In this document: positions 56,217 to 64,000 of the stretch, in pieces | Layout of the letters: every line of letters starts with the position of its first letter | Position numbering within the stretch: the first letter of the stretch is position 1 | Assembly (NCBI RefSeq): GCF_011045215.1 | Contig: NZ_CP049201.1 | Length of the DNA stretch: 64,000 nt | Strand: one strand, 5' to 3' | Origin: Escherichia coli | GTDB lineage: Bacteria > Pseudomonadota > Gammaproteobacteria > Enterobacterales > Enterobacteriaceae | The notes under the pieces: generated by a model | Seen by the model: the letters and a program-made list of their open reading frames with translations, nothing else | What the model was told of the DNA's origin: nothing | The model's database searches: none | Made by a program: the position numbers and the translations under genes

Positions 56217-59200
56217 ATGATTGAATGGATTATTCGTCGCTCGGTGGCGAACCGTTTTCTGGTACTGATGGGTGCGTTGTTTCTGAGCATCTGGGGTACC
56301 TGGACCATCATTAACACGCCAGTGGATGCGCTGCCGGATCTCTCCGATGTGCAGGTGATTATTAAAACCAGCTATCCCGGGCAGGCACCGCAAATCGTTG
56401 AAAATCAGGTGACTTATCCGCTAACTACCACCATGTTGTCGGTACCTGGCGCGAAGACTGTGCGCGGTTTCTCGCAGTTTGGCGACTCTTATGTGTATGT
56501 CATTTTCGAAGATGGCACCGATCCGTACTGGGCGCGCTCGCGGGTGCTGGAGTACCTCAACCAGGTACAGGGTAAGCTGCCTGCGGGAGTCAGCGCCGAG
56601 CTGGGGCCAGATGCCACGGGTGTTGGCTGGATCTATGAATATGCACTGGTGGATCGCAGCGGTAAGCACGATCTGGCCGATTTACGCTCATTGCAGGACT
56701 GGTTTCTCAAATATGAGCTAAAAACCATCCCTGACGTTGCGGAAGTGGCGTCGGTGGGCGGCGTGGTGAAAGAGTATCAGGTGGTTATCGATCCCCAGCG
56801 CCTGGCGCAATATGGTATCAGTCTCGCCGAAGTAAAAAGCGCGCTAGATGCTTCAAACCAGGAAGCGGGCGGTTCGTCGATCGAACTGGCGGAAGCGGAA
56901 TATATGGTGCGCGCCAGCGGCTATCTGCAAACGCTCGACGACTTTAATCACATCGTTTTAAAAGCCAGTGAAAATGGCGTGCCTGTTTATCTGCGTGATG
57001 TTGCGAAGGTCCAGGTTGGCCCGGAGATGCGCCGGGGCATTGCCGAACTGAACGGCGAAGGCGAAGTTGCGGGCGGGGTGGTGATCCTGCGCTCCGGCAA
57101 AAACGCCCGAGAAGTGATCGCCGCCGTGAAGGACAAACTGGAAACGCTGAAAAGTAGTCTGCCGGAAGGCGTGGAGATAGTTACAACATACGATCGCAGC
57201 CAGCTCATTGACCGGGCCATCGACAACCTCAGCGGCAAGTTGCTGGAAGAGTTTATTGTGGTGGCGGTAGTCTGTGCGCTGTTTCTCTGGCATGTGCGCT
57301 CGGCGCTGGTGGCGATTATTTCGTTGCCGCTGGGGTTGTGTATTGCTTTTATTGTCATGCACTTCCAGGGGCTGAATGCCAATATTATGTCGTTGGGTGG
57401 CATTGCGATTGCCGTCGGGGCGATGGTCGATGCTGCTATCGTCATGATCGAGAATGCACATAAACGGCTGGAAGAGTGGCAGCACCAGCATCCTGACGCC
57501 ACGCTGGATAATAAAACGCGCTGGCAGGTGATCGCCGATGCGTCTGTTGAAGTGGGGCCGGCGCTGTTTATCAGTCTGCTGATTATCACGTTGTCGTTTA
57601 TCCCGATCTTCACCCTGGAAGGGCAGGAAGGGCGTCTGTTTGGCCCGCTGGCGTTCACTAAAACCTATGCGATGGCGGGTGCGGCGCTGCTGGCGATCGT
57701 AGTGATCCCTATCCTGATGGGTTACTGGATCCGTGGCAAAATTCCGCCAGAAAGCAGTAACCCGCTCAATCGCTTTTTGATTCGTGTTTATCATCCGCTG
57801 TTGCTGAAAGTACTGCACTGGCCGAAAACCACGCTGCTGGTGGCGGCGCTTTCGGTGCTGACGGTTCTCTGGCCGCTCAATAAAGTTGGCGGGGAATTTT
57901 TACCACAGATCAATGAAGGCGACTTGTTGTATATGCCATCGACGTTGCCGGGGATTTCCGCAGCGGAGGCGGCGAGTATGCTGCAAAAAACCGACAAGCT
58001 GATTATGAGCGTACCTGAAGTGGCGCGGGTATTTGGCAAAACCGGAAAAGCGGAAACCGCCACCGACTCTGCTCCGCTGGAGATGGTGGAAACGACCATC
58101 CAGCTTAAGCCACAGGATCAGTGGCGGCCAGGCATGACAATGGACAAAATCATTGAGGAACTGGATAACACCGTGCGTCTGCCGGGGCTGGCGAATCTGT
58201 GGGTGCCGCCAATTCGTAACCGTATCGATATGCTCTCAACCGGCATTAAAAGCCCTATCGGCATAAAAGTTTCCGGCACTGTGCTGGCGGATATCGACGC
58301 GATGGCGGAGCAAATTGAAGAGGTGGCACGAACGGTGCCAGGCGTGGCTTCTGCGCTTGCCGAGCGTCTGGAAGGTGGGCGCTATATCAACGTTGAGATT
58401 AACCGTGAAAAAGCCGCGCGTTACGGTATGACGGTGGCGGATGTGCAGTTGTTTGTGACTTCTGCGGTGGGCGGGGCGATGGTTGGCGAAACGGTGGAAG
58501 GGATTGCCCGTTATCCCATTAATCTGCGTTATCCGCAAAGCTGGCGCGATAGTCCGCAGGCACTGCGCCAGTTGCCGATCCTGACGCCGATGAAGCAGCA
58601 AATCACCCTGGCAGACGTAGCCGACGTTAAAGTCTCTACCGGACCGTCGATGCTGAAAACCGAGAATGCGCGCCCGACGAGCTGGATTTATATCGATGCC
58701 CGCGATCGTGACATGGTGTCGGTGGTTCACGATTTGCAAAAAGCGATAGCTGAAAAAGTGCAGTTAAAACCGGGCACCAGCGTGGCATTCTCCGGGCAGT
58801 TCGAGCTACTGGAGCGCGCCAACCATAAGCTGAAACTCATGGTGCCGATGACACTGATGATCATCTTCGTGCTGTTGTATCTGGCATTCCGTCGGGTGGG
58901 CGAAGCGTTGCTGATTATCAGCAGCGTACCGTTTGCGCTGGTGGGCGGCATCTGGTTGCTGTGGTGGATGGGCTTTCATCTTTCTGTGGCGACGGGCACC
59001 GGTTTTATTGCCCTTGCCGGGGTCGCCGCCGAATTTGGCGTGGTGATGCTGATGTATTTACGTCACGCCATAGAGGCCGAGCCGTCGTTGAATAATCCGC
59101 AAACATTCAGCGAGCAGAAGCTGGATGAGGCGTTGTATCACGGCGCGGTACTGCGCGTGCGCCCGAAAGCGATGACGGTGGCGGTGATTATCGCTGGTCT

Positions 59201-59360
59201 GCTGCCGATTCTGTGGGGAACAGGAGCAGGGTCAGAGGTGATGAGCCGGATTGCCGCGCCGATGATTGGCGGCATGATCACCGCGCCTTTGCTGTCGCTG
59301 TTTATTATCCCGGCGGCGTATAAGCTGATGTGGCTGCACCGACATCGGGTACGGAAATAA
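56217..59360 (+). CDS. cusA: copper/silver RND efflux pump
   Basis: 1047 aa, 12-TM RND transporter. Confidence 0.95.
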   Translation: MIEWIIRRSVANRFLVLMGALFLSIWGTWTIINTPVDALPDLSDVQVIIKTSYPGQAPQIVENQVTYPLTTTMLSVPGAKTVRGFSQFGDSYVYVIFEDGTDPYWARSRVLEYLNQVQGKLPAGVSAELGPDATGVGWIYEYALVDRSGKHDLADLRSLQDWFLKYELKTIPDVAEVASVGGVVKEYQVVIDPQRLAQYGISLAEVKSALDASNQEAGGSSIELAEAEYMVRASGYLQTLDDFNHIVLKASENGVPVYLRDVAKVQVGPEMRRGIAELNGEGEVAGGVVILRSGKNAREVIAAVKDKLETLKSSLPEGVEIVTTYDRSQLIDRAIDNLSGKLLEEFIVVAVVCALFLWHVRSALVAIISLPLGLCIAFIVMHFQGLNANIMSLGGIAIAVGAMVDAAIVMIENAHKRLEEWQHQHPDATLDNKTRWQVIADASVEVGPALFISLLIITLSFIPIFTLEGQEGRLFGPLAFTKTYAMAGAALLAIVVIPILMGYWIRGKIPPESSNPLNRFLIRVYHPLLLKVLHWPKTTLLVAALSVLTVLWPLNKVGGEFLPQINEGDLLYMPSTLPGISAAEAASMLQKTDKLIMSVPEVARVFGKTGKAETATDSAPLEMVETTIQLKPQDQWRPGMTMDKIIEELDNTVRLPGLANLWVPPIRNRIDMLSTGIKSPIGIKVSGTVLADIDAMAEQIEEVARTVPGVASALAERLEGGRYINVEINREKAARYGMTVADVQLFVTSAVGGAMVGETVEGIARYPINLRYPQSWRDSPQALRQLPILTPMKQQITLADVADVKVSTGPSMLKTENARPTSWIYIDARDRDMVSVVHDLQKAIAEKVQLKPGTSVAFSGQFELLERANHKLKLMVPMTLMIIFVLLYLAFRRVGEALLIISSVPFALVGGIWLLWWMGFHLSVATGTGFIALAGVAAEFGVVMLMYLRHAIEAEPSLNNPQTFSEQKLDEALYHGAVLRVRPKAMTVAVIIAGLLPILWGTGAGSEVMSRIAAPMIGGMITAPLLSLFIIPAAYKLMWLHRHRVRK

Positions 59361-59461
59361 AAGCAGGATACCCCGTTTAACCGTGTGGATTGTGTCTTGC
59401 GACGATGGGCACTAAATGTTAAAAGGTGCCCCTCAACAAAAAAGACACACAGGGGAAAGGC

Positions 59462-60838
59462 GTGAAAAACGCGTCAACCGTATCGGAAGATACTGCGTCG
59501 AATCAAGAGCCGACGCTTCATCGCGGATTACATAACCGTCATATTCAACTGATTGCGCTGGGTGGCGCAATTGGTACTGGTCTGTTTCTTGGCATTGGCC
59601 CGGCGATTCAGATGGCGGGTCCGGCTGTATTGCTGGGCTACGGCGTCGCCGGGATCATCGCTTTCCTGATTATGCGCCAGCTTGGCGAAATGGTGGTTGA
59701 GGAGCCGGTATCCGGTTCATTTGCCCACTTTGCCTATAAATACTGGGGACCGTTCGCGGGCTTCCTCTCTGGCTGGAATTACTGGGTGATGTTCGTGCTG
59801 GTGGGAATGGCAGAGCTGACCGCTGCGGGCATCTATATGCAGTACTGGTTCCCGGATGTTCCAACGTGGATTTGGGCTGCCGCCTTCTTTATTATCATCA
59901 ACGCCGTTAACCTGGTGAACGTGCGCTTATATGGCGAAACCGAGTTCTGGTTTGCGCTGATTAAAGTGCTGGCAATCATCGGTATGATCGGCTTTGGCCT
60001 GTGGCTGCTGTTTTCTGGTCACGGCGGCGAGAAAGCCAGTATCGACAACCTCTGGCGCTACGGTGGTTTCTTCGCCACCGGCTGGAATGGGCTGATTTTG
60101 TCGCTGGCGGTAATTATGTTCTCCTTCGGCGGTCTGGAGCTGATTGGGATTACTGCCGCTGAAGCGCGCGATCCGGAAAAAAGCATTCCAAAAGCGGTAA
60201 ATCAGGTGGTGTATCGCATCCTGCTGTTTTACATCGGTTCACTGGTGGTTTTACTGGCACTCTATCCGTGGGTGGAAGTGAAATCCAACAGTAGCCCGTT
60301 TGTGATGATTTTCCATAATCTCGACAGCAACGTGGTAGCTTCTGCGCTGAACTTCGTCATTCTGGTAGCATCGCTGTCAGTGTATAACAGCGGGGTTTAC
60401 TCTAACAGCCGCATGCTGTTTGGCCTTTCTGTGCAGGGTAATGCGCCGAAGTTTTTGACTCGCGTCAGCCGTCGCGGTGTGCCGATTAACTCGCTGATGC
60501 TTTCCGGAGCGATCACTTCGCTGGTGGTGTTAATCAACTATCTGCTGCCGCAAAAAGCGTTTGGTCTGCTGATGGCGCTGGTGGTAGCAACGCTGCTGTT
60601 GAACTGGATTATGATCTGCCTGGCGCATCTGCGTTTTCGCGCGGCGATGCGACGTCAGGGACGTGAAACACAGTTTAAGGCGCTGCTTTATCCGTTCGGT
60701 AACTATCTTTGCATTGCCTTCCTCGGCATGATTTTGCTGCTGATGTGCACGATGGATGATATGCGCTTGTCAGCGATCCTGCTGCCGGTGTGGATTGTAT
60801 TCCTGTTTGTGGCATTTAAAACGCTGCGTCGGAAATAA
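59462..60838 (+). CDS. pheP: phenylalanine-specific permease
   Basis: GTG start 59462 after AGGGGAAAGG; 458 aa. Confidence 0.85.
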   Translation: MKNASTVSEDTASNQEPTLHRGLHNRHIQLIALGGAIGTGLFLGIGPAIQMAGPAVLLGYGVAGIIAFLIMRQLGEMVVEEPVSGSFAHFAYKYWGPFAGFLSGWNYWVMFVLVGMAELTAAGIYMQYWFPDVPTWIWAAAFFIIINAVNLVNVRLYGETEFWFALIKVLAIIGMIGFGLWLLFSGHGGEKASIDNLWRYGGFFATGWNGLILSLAVIMFSFGGLELIGITAAEARDPEKSIPKAVNQVVYRILLFYIGSLVVLLALYPWVEVKSNSSPFVMIFHNLDSNVVASALNFVILVASLSVYNSGVYSNSRMLFGLSVQGNAPKFLTRVSRRGVPINSLMLSGAITSLVVLINYLLPQKAFGLLMALVVATLLLNWIMICLAHLRFRAAMRRQGRETQFKALLYPFGNYLCIAFLGMILLLMCTMDDMRLSAILLPVWIVFLFVAFKTLRRK

Positions 60839-60905
60839 GGCATTCACGCTACATCCGACAAAACGATGTCCGCTCTCATCCATTCGATGAGAGCGGTTTT
60901 TTTAA

Positions 60906-62201
<1,296 letters not shown>

Positions 62202-62260
62202 TTATGCAAATCAGGAGAATCTGAGGGGAAATAGCCGGGCAGATGCCCGGCAAGAGAGAA

Positions 62261-62914
62261 TTACACTTCGGTTAAGGTGATGTTTTGCGGCAGACGAGAT
62301 TTCGGCAGCGTAGCGTTAAAATCTTCAACGCTGTGATGACCTACCGGAACAACCACCAGACTGGTGTAGCCTTTCTCTTTCAGACCAAATTCTGCATCGA
62401 GGATGGCGGCGTCAAAACCTTCGATGGGTACCGCGTCCAGACCCAGAGCCGCCACGCCGAGCAGGAAGTTACCGACGTTGAGATAAACCTGTTTTGCCAT
62501 CCACTCTGCATCATCATGCAGATCTTTACGGTGCATATCGGCGAAGAACTTGCGACCTTTATCGTTCGCGGCTTTCGCTTCCGGCGTGGCAAAGCGGCCA
62601 TCAGCATCTTCCTGGTCAACAACCAGCTTCAGCCAGGCATCGTCCATCGCGGTTTTTGCACAGAACACCACGACGTGCGAGGCATCAAGTATTTTACGTT
62701 CGTTGAACACATAATTACCGGCAGCGGATTTGGCAACACGCGCTTTACCTTCTTCCGTGCTGGCAACAATAAAATGCCACGGCTGGGAGTTGGTGCTGGA
62801 TGGGCTGTATTGCAGGAGAGTTTTGATCTGCTCGGCCTGTTCCGGGGTAAGTTTTTTGCTGGCATCAAATGCCTTAGTGGAATGACGCTTTAAGGCGACA
62901 GAAATGATATCCAT
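62261..62914 (-). CDS. nfsB: oxygen-insensitive NAD(P)H nitroreductase
   Basis: start at [11 protein letters not shown]..., 217 aa. Confidence 0.9.
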   Translation of the reverse strand: MDIISVALKRHSTKAFDASKKLTPEQAEQIKTLLQYSPSSTNSQPWHFIVASTEEGKARVAKSAAGNYVFNERKILDASHVVVFCAKTAMDDAWLKLVVDQEDADGRFATPEAKAANDKGRKFFADMHRKDLHDDAEWMAKQVYLNVGNFLLGVAALGLDAVPIEGFDAAILDAEFGLKEKGYTSLVVVPVGHHSVEDFNATLPKSRLPQNITLTEV

Positions 62915-63007
62915 AAAGACTCCATGTGAAAGTAATTTTGCGTGCCAGCAGATTACAAGGTTCAACGAGAAATGGTAAGCGAGAAAAATGCGCTATAGAT
63001 TTCCGCT

Positions 63008-63376
63008 TTAGCCTGGACGCACTCTTTTTTGATCGCGTTTAGCCAGACCATCAACCACCAGATTCCACGAATCGTTGATCAGATCGCGAAGTAACGCTTC
63101 GGAGATTTCCTCGCCGGGATACACCGAAATCCAGTGCTTTTTATTCATGTGATACCCTGGCTTAATGCTTGGGTATATTTGCTGATTTAACAGGGATTTT
63201 TGTGGATCGGACTTCAGATTGATAAAGGGGACGCCGCGTATCTCCGACGACAGCATAAAAATCTTGCCGCCAATTTTAAAAACATCGAACTCCGGGCCAA
63301 AAGGCCAGCAAAGCTCGACAAAGGGTAACTCAAGGGCCAGGCGTTTCGCCGTTTCGTGCAGTGATTGCTTATCCAT
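63008..63376 (-). CDS. ybdF: DUF419 protein
   Basis: start at MDKQSLHET..., 122 aa. Confidence 0.8.
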   Translation of the reverse strand: MDKQSLHETAKRLALELPFVELCWPFGPEFDVFKIGGKIFMLSSEIRGVPFINLKSDPQKSLLNQQIYPSIKPGYHMNKKHWISVYPGEEISEALLRDLINDSWNLVVDGLAKRDQKRVRPG

Positions 63377-63440
63377 AAACGTTCCTTTAGGCGAAGGAGA
63401 ATAAGCAAAGTATGCCGCGAAGTACGGCGATAATCGACGT

Positions 63441-63689
63441 TTAATCCGCCAGCGAGAACCAGCGTCGCCAGATAAAGCGCAGAACAAAATACTCAATAGC
63501 GCCCAGCACTAAAAACCACAGACAAAACAATAAAGTGTAAAGCTGACTAAGATCCATCAGATGGAACGTGGTCACCAGTTTTTGTGCCAGCGTAAGCCCC
63601 AGTGCGGGGGCGGGCAGCAGCAGGCAAGAGAGGAAAGCCATCAGCAAAATGCCTGCTGCGGTGGTCAAGGTTTCTAAAGGGTGTTTCAT
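63441..63689 (-). CDS. ybdJ: small inner-membrane protein
   Basis: 82 aa, two hydrophobic segments. Confidence 0.75.
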   Translation of the reverse strand: MKHPLETLTTAAGILLMAFLSCLLLPAPALGLTLAQKLVTTFHLMDLSQLYTLLFCLWFLVLGAIEYFVLRFIWRRWFSLAD

Positions 63690-63754
63690 AACATTGTTAA
63701 ATGTAAGTTAAAACACCATTGTCAGGGATATTCTTCTGTAAGGCAATTCCAGGC

Positions 63755-64000
<246 letters not shown>

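Noticed and set aside
56958-57818. 286-aa and 223-aa minus-strand ORFs inside cusA
   Set aside because: Same reason: embedded antisense in a highly conserved RND pump gene.

Overview
Escherichia coli-type chromosomal segment in three parts. (1) 1-21.9 kb is conserved core: glxK 3' end, allE-allC-allD, fdrA-ylbE-ylbF-ybcF, purK-purE, lpxH, ppiB, cysS, ybcI, ybcJ, folD, then the sfmACDHF-fimZ fimbrial cluster. (2) tRNA-Arg argU (22164-22240) is the attachment site of a ~21.5 kb defective lambdoid, DLP12-type prophage (22196-43731) bounded by 47-bp direct repeats. It holds int/xis, an early-left module resembling yfdT/S/R/Q/P of prophage CPS-53 (the yfdS-like gene is split by a 1954-bp IS100-like IS21-family element with a 5-bp target duplication), a cI/cro immunity region with an orphan coiled-coil/zinc-ribbon gene and a ~450-bp highly structured non-coding block, a RusA-family resolvase joined directly to a lambda-type cos site, intact Nu1 (nohD), a truncated terminase A fused to a J fragment, tail-fibre remnants, a cargo island (Mn-catalase/yciE/yciF/yciG-like operon plus a SAM methyltransferase) bracketed by direct repeats of the tfa 3' end, a secreted alpha/beta-hydrolase and ompT. 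(3) 43.7-64 kb is core again: envY, ybcH, nfrA-nfrB, cusRS/cusCFBA, pheP, ybdG, nfsB, ybdF, ybdJ and the ybdK 3' end. The best candidates for something undescribed are the orphan zinc-ribbon gene in the rex-equivalent position with its structured upstream region, and the repeat-bracketed stress-operon cargo; neither is a recognised defence system. All identifications are from reading the translations and sequence; no database search was run.
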